36,839 nucleotides of DNA. It comes from a virus. How positions within the stretch are numbered: the first letter of the stretch is position 1; the number at the start of each line of letters is the position of its first letter. This document shows, piece after piece, positions 1-7,044 of this stretch. Below the pieces are notes generated by a model, which saw only the letters and a list, made by a program, of their open reading frames with translations, ran no database searches and had not been told where the DNA came from. The stretch is from positions 1 to 36,839 of IMG/VR virus record IMGVR_UViG_3300009417_000002; one strand, 5' to 3'. The translations under genes were made by a program, and so were the position numbers.

Positions 1-123
1 AAATGGTCTGGGCGGTGTTTTTGCTTTTCTAACTTTGATATATCTGAACCTTCTAGTTCCTTTCTTTAAAGATTTTTGTATTACTGAACTTCTTCTGAAA
101 CTGGTTAATGCTGTGTGCAAACT
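1..123. repeat. Terminal direct repeat, copy 1 (identical to 36717..36839); circular-assembly overlap
   Basis: Base-by-base comparison shows 1..123 equals 36717..36839. The repeat lies inside an open reading frame that continues across the junction. Confidence 0.97.
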
Positions 124-552
124 GGTTCTGATCTGATAAATTCTTGGTAAACCAATCTTATCAAATAAATCATTTACTTTTATATCTTTAATTCCAATAT
201 AAATCTGTCTAGCAACTTGGCTTGATACTGATATATTAATTCCTTGTAATACCCCAATAACTGTAGCAACTTCATTTACTATTAAATTATTAATCATAGC
301 AACTTCTGAACTTTCAAATTCAAAGTCGTGCTGTAACACTTCCAGTTCATATAGAAACATTTCAGTAACATTTTCAACCCTATCTGTTACTTCCGAAGGT
401 AAACCAGAACGCATTTCAGCCAGAAGGCTAAACTGTTCTTCTTCTGATCTGGCGTTAGTAATTAAGGTAATCTGTTCAGTTAAGTATAACCTATAATAAC
501 CTTCTAATTCAGCTATAAAGCTATTTACTAACCGTACCCGATTTTTGTACAC
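1..552 (-). CDS. Head morphogenesis protein (MuF / SPP1 gp7-like), N-terminal part; joins 36573..36839 across the circular junction
   Basis: The minus-strand frame is open from 594 down to the window edge. It is in phase with ORF 36573..36836 once the 123-bp overlap is collapsed. Candidate starts are GTG 550-552 or 571-573. The only ATG is at 412-414, but more than 100 nt upstream of it stay open in an AT-rich genome, so an upstream start is likely. The joined product is about 231 aa. The gene lies directly after the portal gene. Confidence 0.55.
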   Translation of the reverse strand, partial: MYKNRVRLVNSFIAELEGYYRLYLTEQITLITNARSEEEQFSLLAEMRSGLPSEVTDRVENVTEMFLYELEVLQHDFEFESSEVAMINNLIVNEVATVIGVLQGINISVSSQVARQIYIGIKDIKVNDLFDKIGLPRIYQIRTSLHTALTSFRRSSVIQKSLKKGTRRFRYIKVRKAKTPPRPF

Positions 553-2146
553 CGCTTCTGGATTTACTTTCACTTGTAGCCTTTTTATTACTATTTATTG
601 CTGATTCTATTTCCATTAACCTTGATTCTTCCTTTTCTTCATTTAATAAATCATCAGAAGTATTTTCTATTTCGTCTAATATCTCTGATTCTTCCGCAAA
701 TGATTGTGATTGAACTAACTTCTTATGAACCGCTTTAGTAAGTGTTGGATATCTAGCAATTACATCTGAAAGCCTAGTAACATAATTAATGAACTTATCA
801 ATATCATCTTCGTCAATGTCTTCCTTCCAAGCTAATTTCCCTTCAAAGTCAATACTGTTCTGGAACTGGGCAAAATGCTGAACCGAAGTATTTAGTACAT
901 CTAAAAATTCTTGTCTAATCATTTTAATATATGTAAACAAGTCTTCTTTTTGCTCTTTAAGTGTATCTGCTGATTCGCCAGTTCTTGAATTTTGGTTTAC
1001 TGTTCGCTTCTGCAAGAAGGCAATTCTGAAAAAGTCTTGAATATCATTTGATATTGATTCACTTAATGCAATTGGATTTGTCGGATCTAGTTTAATCACT
1101 TTATCGTCTTGGGCTAATTTAGTAATAGAACTTGCCCCCAGATAAACTTCTGTATCTTTATCTTTTCCAGTCGGTGCCTTTAGATCAGTCATTATAAAAA
1201 TTCTGTCGTAGGCTTGATAATAAAGAATATTGTCATAACTGGATTGTTTGTTATAGATCTTTAATGCTATTGGTATTAAATCCTTAATATAGCTTTCTGA
1301 CTGCCTAGAACTGGCAATTGGTATAAATGGTAATTCTAAATTACTAATCTCTTTATCCAGAACCCAATGTTCTGATAAGTTAGTATCTTTTCTAAGATTT
1401 GTATTCACATTTAATGATCTTACAGTTTCTTTAGTGATATTAGATTTATAAAACTGAATATTGTATTTATCATCTTTTAAATAATTCAGCCTACAATATA
1501 AAACTTCTTTAGGTTGTTGGGTTAAATCCCCGCCCCTAGCTTCTTCATTATAAAATTCATATCTACTTGCAATAAGTTCATACCCACGCATTGAATTTTC
1601 TTCTTTATACTGATATTCCCAATCTTTATGATCTAACGGGGCAATTCTAGTAAAGTATGGCAATAATCCCATTTCCTTTTCTTCTTTGATTGAATTAGGC
1701 TTTGTATCTGATTTATCTGTTAAGTTATAACAAATTCCATAAACTAAAATGTCTTCAACTAACTTTCTGGAATACTCATCAATTGTAGAATTGAAACCAT
1801 CTATATTATTTAATGCTTCGCCCATTATCTCATCTACTTCGTCTGTATCAAATCCACCTTTTAAAATTAAACTGACTAATCTGTTCACAATCATTTTAAT
1901 ATAATTTATATATTCGGTTCGTTCTTCTCGATTGTTTCTTATTCTGGTAGCAATTTCTTGAAGTCTGGAATCACAACCTTCTGCTAAATTTTCCATTTCG
2001 TGCAAATAAAGATACTTAGGCTGTGTCATAGTAGATTTTTTTCCTTCCAGAATATCCCTATATTTTTTCCAGTCTTCCAATAATTCGTTGTATTTTGGAT
2101 TGTTAAATAATTCAACGCCTTCTTTATTTCTATTCTTATCGTCCAT
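521..2146 (-). CDS. Portal protein (positional call)
   Basis: 541-aa ORF that overlaps the TerL gene end by 11 nt and is followed by the MuF-like gene. AGGAA lies 4 nt upstream of the ATG. Size and position are typical for a portal; no motif-level confirmation was possible by eye. Confidence 0.7.
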   Translation of the reverse strand: MDDKNRNKEGVELFNNPKYNELLEDWKKYRDILEGKKSTMTQPKYLYLHEMENLAEGCDSRLQEIATRIRNNREERTEYINYIKMIVNRLVSLILKGGFDTDEVDEIMGEALNNIDGFNSTIDEYSRKLVEDILVYGICYNLTDKSDTKPNSIKEEKEMGLLPYFTRIAPLDHKDWEYQYKEENSMRGYELIASRYEFYNEEARGGDLTQQPKEVLYCRLNYLKDDKYNIQFYKSNITKETVRSLNVNTNLRKDTNLSEHWVLDKEISNLELPFIPIASSRQSESYIKDLIPIALKIYNKQSSYDNILYYQAYDRIFIMTDLKAPTGKDKDTEVYLGASSITKLAQDDKVIKLDPTNPIALSESISNDIQDFFRIAFLQKRTVNQNSRTGESADTLKEQKEDLFTYIKMIRQEFLDVLNTSVQHFAQFQNSIDFEGKLAWKEDIDEDDIDKFINYVTRLSDVIARYPTLTKAVHKKLVQSQSFAEESEILDEIENTSDDLLNEEKEESRLMEIESAINSNKKATSESKSRSGVQKSGTVSK

Positions 2147-3536
2147 AATTTCCTATAAAATGGTTTTTATTGTCATATACCGCACAAACATAATATTTCA
2201 ATGAATCCATTGGGTGCGTCCAAGTATCATTGGAAGGTTTATCTAGCTTCTGCCGTTGCCCATTTTTCCATACCGTATTTGTTACCGATCTAATTACATT
2301 TGGGCAATTATCACAAATAAATAATTCGTCTTGAAAAAATAGCTTCTGGACTAAATCAACTGAGACCCTTTCAAGCGGATTTGATTTAATTGCCCGTAAA
2401 CTAATTTTATTGTACCCCGCTTCTTTTAATATACCTATAATATTATCGTAATCAGAAGCCCCATTTCCTTTATGACTTCTGGCACGCCCAGAAGAATCGC
2501 CATATATATATATTGGGGTGTCTTGGAAGTCTTTCAGCGGGAACTTAACTATAAATTCAACAACGGCGTCTTCTAAAGTTTCGCCATTGCTATTTGCTTC
2601 GTCAATTACATAATTAAATCTTTTTCTTTTTCCCGTATGCTCGTCGCTTTCATAATAAGTTTGAACCACTACCCATTGCGGGCAAATGTTAAAATCCCAA
2701 CTTAAATGAATATCAAAATATGGTTCAGCGGGCATTGGTTTCTTGATATGAATTCCATATTTGAAATTAGAATAAGCCATACCAGAAGTGAACGGTCTAA
2801 AAAAACCATATACATAAGAATCAACTTTATTTGCATTGTGCTGATAAGCCTTTAATAAACTTGGTATATAGGTCTGGGCTAAATTCTGTTTATTTGAAAA
2901 GGTTGTAGCTCTGAACCTTCTCTTTTTAATCTCTATCTGTTCGCCTTCCAGTTCTATCATATCAGTTTTAGTATGATCTTTATCTTCGGATTTATCCCAA
3001 CCAGATTGTGCATCTGAATCAGCTTCTTCACTGAACCAGTTTAAACCTTCTGGCGTTGAACTCATTAACATCTGGGGCTTTGTATTTGAACCAACAAATC
3101 TGCAACGGGCAACCGCATTATCATAAACTTGTCTAACCATTAACGCTGATTCGTCTAGCCACGCAAAAGCTACTCTGTTAAAACCAACAATCTTTTCTGG
3201 CTTTTCCCCAGTTAGGAAGTGAATTACATTACCATTGCCCAGATCTATTTTTAATTCTGATTTATTAATTGTATAATGTTTTCCTTCAATCCTTCCAAAT
3301 ATATTTAAAACATCTCTATATGTGGGAATCAGTACATCTTGGATCAAAGAATATTTAGGCATTATATTCAGAATTTCAGTATTAGGGTTTTTCTTAGCTC
3401 GGTCTAAACTCCATAATACACCAGAAAAGGTTTTCCCTATTCCATAACCACCAGTTACAAATAAATAATCAGATAAATAGTCTTCTATACACTCTGACGC
3501 CCACCATTGTAAATCTATGGTCTTTTTAACTGGCAT
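2136..3536 (-). CDS. terL: Terminase large subunit
   Basis: 466 aa with a Walker A-like VTGGYGIGKT and a Walker B-like AFAWLDES in the N-terminal half, plus a nuclease-sized C-terminal half. It sits immediately upstream of the portal gene. Confidence 0.85.
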   Translation of the reverse strand: MPVKKTIDLQWWASECIEDYLSDYLFVTGGYGIGKTFSGVLWSLDRAKKNPNTEILNIMPKYSLIQDVLIPTYRDVLNIFGRIEGKHYTINKSELKIDLGNGNVIHFLTGEKPEKIVGFNRVAFAWLDESALMVRQVYDNAVARCRFVGSNTKPQMLMSSTPEGLNWFSEEADSDAQSGWDKSEDKDHTKTDMIELEGEQIEIKKRRFRATTFSNKQNLAQTYIPSLLKAYQHNANKVDSYVYGFFRPFTSGMAYSNFKYGIHIKKPMPAEPYFDIHLSWDFNICPQWVVVQTYYESDEHTGKRKRFNYVIDEANSNGETLEDAVVEFIVKFPLKDFQDTPIYIYGDSSGRARSHKGNGASDYDNIIGILKEAGYNKISLRAIKSNPLERVSVDLVQKLFFQDELFICDNCPNVIRSVTNTVWKNGQRQKLDKPSNDTWTHPMDSLKYYVCAVYDNKNHFIGNYGR

Positions 3537-3685
3537 TAAATAAATACATTAATTTCTAATATAAATTCTATTACTTCCCACGCTAACCTACCTAAGAAAA
3601 CAAGCCAAACTGATTGAATTGCAATAGTAATTGAAGATATTAATGTAATTGCTAATATTTCCAAACACGCTTTTCTATTTATCAT
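3536..3685 (-). CDS. 49-aa hydrophobic (membrane-type) peptide, below the ORF-track cutoff
   Basis: Hand translation gives MINRKACLEILAITLISSITIAIQSVWLVFLGRLAWEVIEFILEINVFI. AGAAGG lies 8 nt upstream of the ATG. The start overlaps the upstream gene by 11 nt. The stop overlaps the TerL ATG (TAATG), which suggests translational coupling. Confidence 0.45.
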   Translation of the reverse strand: MINRKACLEILAITLISSITIAIQSVWLVFLGRLAWEVIEFILEINVFI

Positions 3686-4268
3686 TTTTAAAACCTTCTA
3701 ATAATTTATTTTCTTCAATCTCTTTTCTTGTTGGTATGATAGTTTTCCCGCCAACTTCTCGGTTACAAGGGCACATCTCATCTGTTAATAAGCCGTCTAA
3801 AACTCTTAATGTTTCGTGGGTGCTTCTGCCTACCCCCCAATCATTAAAGGTTCTATGTACAACTTTTCTGTCTGGGATTGAAATTATTAGCGTGGTTCTG
3901 GTCGGAACTATCTCATCAAATTGCGGATTGAAATCTATTGCCCCAAATGAATCGGAATATTCTAAAGTAGCATCTGGAATATAAGTATGTTGAGTTTTGT
4001 TTAATATACCTTCAAAATACTTTGATTCTCTGATCCAGTTGAACCAGTGTTTGTATTTAGATTTGGATATAAACATCAAGCCACCTTCTCGCATCTCTAC
4101 TTCTGGAAGTATTTTTAAATACTCTGCTACTTCCGTTGGGCAAACAAATGTTTCTGCCTTTGGTATAAATACTATTATTAAAAACTGCATATCTAAAGTT
4201 TCTAATTCGTTATCTACTCTATATGATTCTATTAAGTGATCTATTGCTAAATTTCTCTTTAATCCCAT
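3675..4268 (-). CDS. Hypothetical 197-aa protein between the TerS-like gene and TerL
   Basis: Long ORF tightly packed in the packaging operon (1-nt gap to the upstream gene). I recognised no motif. Confidence 0.6.
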   Translation of the reverse strand: MGLKRNLAIDHLIESYRVDNELETLDMQFLIIVFIPKAETFVCPTEVAEYLKILPEVEMREGGLMFISKSKYKHWFNWIRESKYFEGILNKTQHTYIPDATLEYSDSFGAIDFNPQFDEIVPTRTTLIISIPDRKVVHRTFNDWGVGRSTHETLRVLDGLLTDEMCPCNREVGGKTIIPTRKEIEENKLLEGFKNDK

Positions 4269-4269
4269 T

Positions 4270-4629
4270 TTATTTGTCTTCCGATTCTTTAGGTAATTTA
4301 TTTATTATTATATCTGGAAGTTCAGTTACTTCAATAGTATTTTTTTCACGCCAACCATATTGAGTTTTTAAAACAAAAAAGCACGCTGATAAATTACCAC
4401 CTAAAGCCTTGCCGTAAACTGTATCTGCCAACTTCTTTAGCATATCTGACTTCCCAAATTCTAATTCTTTTGGATAAAACTTATTTAATGTCGGAAGGCT
4501 GATTTGTAATACATTGGCAATCTGGTCGTTGGTCATACCGTATGACTTCATTGTTTTGATCAAATTCTTTTTTCTTCCAGTTACTCTATGAGTAGTTGAA
4601 ACGCCTTTATTAACTTTTGTATCGGTCAT
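4270..4629 (-). CDS. Small terminase-like HTH DNA-binding protein
   Basis: 119 aa with a helix-turn-helix (MTNDQIANVLQISLPTLNKF) and a C-terminal FFVLKTQYGWREK motif resembling those seen in small-terminase families. It sits near the head of the packaging genes. Confidence 0.5.
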   Translation of the reverse strand: MTDTKVNKGVSTTHRVTGRKKNLIKTMKSYGMTNDQIANVLQISLPTLNKFYPKELEFGKSDMLKKLADTVYGKALGGNLSACFFVLKTQYGWREKNTIEVTELPDIIINKLPKESEDK

Positions 4630-4662
4630 CTGTTTATAGCTTAAATTAAATTAACATTTGTA

Positions 4663-5100
4663 TCAATATTTATTATCAAAAATATAATCAACTGCATAAT
4701 CAATTATAAATTGCGGTCGGTCAAAAATTGCGTTGCAACACCAGATAAAATTGAAAGGTCTTTTTTCACAATCTGATTCTGGGTGTATGATCCAATCCCT
4801 TGCATCTCTGAATTTCAAATATAAAGTTCTTTCATACTTAGTTAGTTTAAATCCAAACTTTACTTTGTCTGCTGTATCTCTGATCGTTGTGCTTGAAGCT
4901 GTTGGTCTGTCTTGGTTTATTGAATTTTTAATTAATCCTACATCAAAAAAACCATAATAGACTGTTGCCATTATTAAATTTTCTTCTGGGCTTCCTTCTT
5001 CTTGGGCTAAATTGAAGCAATCGCTGGGTATAGAAAAATATTCCTTTGAATTGGAATTAACATTAAACAAACTTCTAGCGGTTCTTTTTTTTTGCCCCAA
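4663..5100 (-). CDS. Hypothetical protein, first gene of the late operon (start uncertain)
   Basis: The ORF-track start is TTG at 5098-5100, followed by an A9 run on the mRNA (T9 at 5085..5093 on the plus strand). The first ATG is at 4969-4971. Function unknown. Confidence 0.5.
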   Translation of the reverse strand: MGQKKRTARSLFNVNSNSKEYFSIPSDCFNLAQEEGSPEENLIMATVYYGFFDVGLIKNSINQDRPTASSTTIRDTADKVKFGFKLTKYERTLYLKFRDARDWIIHPESDCEKRPFNFIWCCNAIFDRPQFIIDYAVDYIFDNKY

Positions 5101-5114
5101 ATTGGTATCTTTTC

Positions 5115-5127
5115 TGTAATTTTTACA
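5115..5127. promoter_or_regulatory. Palindrome TGTAA-N3-TTACA (operator candidate) just downstream of the putative late -10
   Basis: TGTAAtttTTACA, read directly from the sequence. It is one of at least six copies of this 13-bp palindrome in the window. Confidence 0.5.
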
Positions 5128-5128
5128 A

Positions 5129-5157
5129 ATATTACCCTATTTTTTCTATTCTGTAAA
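5129..5157 (-). promoter_or_regulatory. Sigma70-like promoter candidate for the late/packaging operon
   Basis: The minus strand reads TTTACA (5157..5152), then 17 nt, then TAATAT (5134..5129). This lies about 30 nt upstream of the first late ORF. Confidence 0.45.
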
Positions 5158-5164
5158 TATTACA
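5152..5164. promoter_or_regulatory. Palindrome TGTAA-N3-TTACA overlapping the putative late -35
   Basis: TGTAAataTTACA. Its centre is 37 bp from the centre of the 5115..5127 copy. Confidence 0.5.
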
Positions 5165-5230
5165 AATTCAGTTGTTGATAAACTGTTAATAACTAGATTT
5201 TTTCTTATATCAATACACTATAGCAAACGC

Positions 5231-5284
5231 CACCAGTGTCGGGGGGGGTTGCCACCAGTGTCTGGGGGGGCTGACACCAGTGTC
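5231..5284. repeat. Three phased direct repeats CACCAGTGTC (22-bp period) with G8 and G7 runs; iteron or terminase-recognition candidate
   Basis: Copies lie at 5231..5240, 5253..5262 and 5275..5284. The first two are followed by GGGGGGGG and by T plus GGGGGGG. This is the only strongly GC-rich patch in the 286-bp intergenic region. Confidence 0.85.
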
Positions 5285-5319
5285 ATAATATATATAAACT
5301 TATATATAAATATATAATA
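5285..5319. other. Near-pure A/T tract with TATATATAAA x2 (possible DNA unwinding element)
   Basis: 35 nt containing a single C. TATATATAAA occurs at 5289..5298 and 5301..5310. The tract directly abuts the phased repeats. Confidence 0.4.
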
Positions 5320-5338
5320 CACAATGATTTTTTTAATA

Positions 5339-5367
5339 TTTACATTTGTATTTTTATAATATAAGAT
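5339..5367 (+). promoter_or_regulatory. TTTACATTTGTAT box and candidate promoter for the 5387 gene
   Basis: TTTACA (5339..5344), then 17 nt, then TAAGAT (5362..5367). A perfect TATAAT also lies at 5355..5360. The box sequence is shared with five other intergenic sites. Confidence 0.35.
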
Positions 5368-5386
5368 CTTAAAAAAATAAAACTTA

Positions 5387-6211
5387 GTGGGGGTTATGGA
5401 ATCAAATTATTATATTTATGTTCAGCAATGGCAATATTCAAAAATTACTACAGCTGAAACTTGTTTACTTGGTATAATTCAAGCGTTTTCAAGTAAATCT
5501 GGGGTATGCTTTGCGGGAAATCTTACTTTATCGAACGCTATGCCCTTAAATCAATCTGGATCAAACTATTCTACCCGTTCAATTCAGCGTATGTTGAAAA
5601 TGTTATCTGAAAAAGATTTAATAAATATTGATTTTAATGATAACAAAAGGCAAATTTTTATTAAAGCAATAGCTAGCCCAATGGGATCAGTTGCCCCAGT
5701 AAAATCAGATGATTACTTTGATCAAAATTTTAAAGACTTACTTCCAGAACTTGAAATTGAAAATTCTAAAGAACTATCTGAAATTATAAATCTGTACTGT
5801 AAAAAATTAAAAAGGCTTAAAAAATTAGATCTGGAATCAATGAAGTTAAGTTTTGAAAAATATAAAGGTAATTCAGCTTGGTTGATTGAAGACATTGAAG
5901 TTGCATATTTTGGTGGATATTCTACTTTTTATTATTCTGATAGGTTCGCCAGAAGGGAAAAAGGGGAATCTGCTCTGGATCGTAATCAAGAAAATGAAAA
6001 CACTTGGCAAAATCTTCTCAAATTTGCTTCTAAAGGATATAATTATGATATTCTATCCAATCGCATAGAAGTTTCAAAATCACTTCCAGAACCTATAAAA
6101 TTGAAACTTCTAGAAGGTATTAAATCAATAGGTTGGAATAATATTAGAAAAGCTGATCCGTACCACCAGAAGCAATATAAAAAAACATTATTCACTTATC
6201 TAAACAAATAA
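5387..6211 (+). CDS. Putative replication initiator / replisome-organizer-like winged-helix protein
   Basis: 274 aa. The track start is GTG 5387; ATG 5396 is an alternative, with GGGGG just upstream. The N-terminal region (STRSIQRMLKMLSEKDLINI) looks like a wHTH initiator N-domain. The gene is adjacent to the phased repeats and the AT tract. The function is an inference. Confidence 0.4.
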   Translation: MGVMESNYYIYVQQWQYSKITTAETCLLGIIQAFSSKSGVCFAGNLTLSNAMPLNQSGSNYSTRSIQRMLKMLSEKDLINIDFNDNKRQIFIKAIASPMGSVAPVKSDDYFDQNFKDLLPELEIENSKELSEIINLYCKKLKRLKKLDLESMKLSFEKYKGNSAWLIEDIEVAYFGGYSTFYYSDRFARREKGESALDRNQENENTWQNLLKFASKGYNYDILSNRIEVSKSLPEPIKLKLLEGIKSIGWNNIRKADPYHQKQYKKTLFTYLNK

Positions 6212-6287
6212 CTTGGTTTGCGTTACACTTTAAGGCTTAACCGTAACACAAATTAAATCCACGCCCACTGATTGGTTTTATTTTGGT

Positions 6288-6302
6288 CTGTAATATTTAC
6301 AG
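6288..6302. promoter_or_regulatory. Palindrome CTGTAA-tat-TTACAG between convergent genes (operator copy or weak bidirectional hairpin)
   Basis: Perfect 6-bp arms with a 3-nt loop. The core is the same as the sites at 5115 and 5152. Confidence 0.35.
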
Positions 6303-6316
6303 TAATTTAAGTTAGA

Positions 6317-6338
6317 ATCTGCTGACTATCTGCTGACT
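6317..6338. repeat. Perfect tandem 11-mer ATCTGCTGACT x2 spanning the VRR-NUC stop codon
   Basis: Copies at 6317..6327 and 6328..6338, read directly. Confidence 0.85.
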
Positions 6339-6703
6339 TTTTTATTTGGAAGGGCTAAATACTTTTTTAAATGGTCTATTGCTTCCAGTGAACTATAACA
6401 AACTGAACACGCATAACCAACGCCAGACGCATATTTCATAAACTCAATTTGTTTTTCAGAAGGTTTGTTTGGTCTGATTTTCATTTCAATATATAAACCA
6501 GAATATCGCCCTTTAGGGCAAGGCAAGAATAAATCAGATATTCCCGCCTTGACGCCTTCGGCTTTTAACTCTCTGGCAATCTTTGGGTGTCTTTTGCCAC
6601 CGTTCGGTATAGCGTGCAACCAGATTAAAGCGGGGTGTCTGGGGGACATTAACCTTGCCCAATCGATTACAGCAACTTGTTCTCTATGCTCTCTGTTGAA
6701 CAT
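6326..6703 (-). CDS. VRR-NUC domain nuclease (PD-(D/E)xK superfamily)
   Basis: 125 aa carrying GISDLFLPCP...GLYIEMKIRPNKPSEKQIEFM, the D...E-x-K arrangement typical of VRR-NUC proteins. Confidence 0.8.
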   Translation of the reverse strand: MFNREHREQVAVIDWARLMSPRHPALIWLHAIPNGGKRHPKIARELKAEGVKAGISDLFLPCPKGRYSGLYIEMKIRPNKPSEKQIEFMKYASGVGYACSVCYSSLEAIDHLKKYLALPNKKVSR

Positions 6704-6709
6704 ATTAAG

Positions 6710-6946
6710 TTACTCTTGCTGTTCCAAGTCGGTAGCTACTTTGTTTAATTTTAATGAAATAGCCCTAATTACATTTGATAACTTCTCATTGAAGTCATAA
6801 TCTGAATTAAGATTATCTAGAAGTTTACACCTAAAAGCATTTCTGGATAAACCCATACGCCTAGCCAATTCAGATGAATTTAAGCCTACTTCACTAAAAA
6901 TTTTATGATATTCTTTTAATCTACCTTTTCTGTCTATTTCTTCCAT
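6710..6946 (-). CDS. Cro/CI-type (XRE-like) HTH transcriptional regulator
   Basis: 78 aa with the HTH LNSSELARRMGLSRNAFRCKL. It is transcribed divergently from the early operon and away from the inverted-repeat operator at 6981..7026. Confidence 0.7.
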   Translation of the reverse strand: MEEIDRKGRLKEYHKIFSEVGLNSSELARRMGLSRNAFRCKLLDNLNSDYDFNEKLSNVIRAISLKLNKVATDLEQQE

Positions 6947-6980
6947 TTTTTACTTTTGTTAATTATTTTGAAACTTATTA

Positions 6981-7026
6981 TTTACATTTGTATCATAAGT
7001 ATATATTGTAATGATACAATTGTAAA
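6981..7026. promoter_or_regulatory. Inverted repeat of the TTTACA(T/A)TTGTATC box; overlapping divergent promoter pair / operator
   Basis: 14-bp arms at 6981..6994 and 7013..7026 match at 13 of 14 positions, with an 18-nt spacer. The plus strand reads TTTACA-N17-TATTGT toward 7045. The minus strand reads TTTACA-N17-TATACT toward 6946. Confidence 0.6.
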
Positions 7027-7044
7027 TAAAAAGGACATAAAATT

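Noticed and set aside
1-123. The 123-bp terminal repeat as true physical direct terminal repeats or cos ends
   Set aside because: The repeat sits in the middle of a continuous ORF far from the terminase-proximal control region, with no distinctive sequence features. It is most simply an assembly overlap.
5231-5284. Mini CRISPR array interpretation of the three phased repeats
   Set aside because: The period is only 22 bp, with 12-nt non-unique 'spacers' that are mostly G runs. There are only three units and no cas genes or leader. An iteron or terminase-site reading fits better.
6288-6302. LexA SOS-box reading of CTGTAA-N3-TTACAG and the related sites
   Set aside because: The sites read CTGT-N7-ACAG (15-mer), not the CTGT-N8-ACAG 16-mer of gammaproteobacterial LexA boxes. 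The 5115 and 5152 copies lack the outer C/G. The host is unknown, so no SOS claim is justified.
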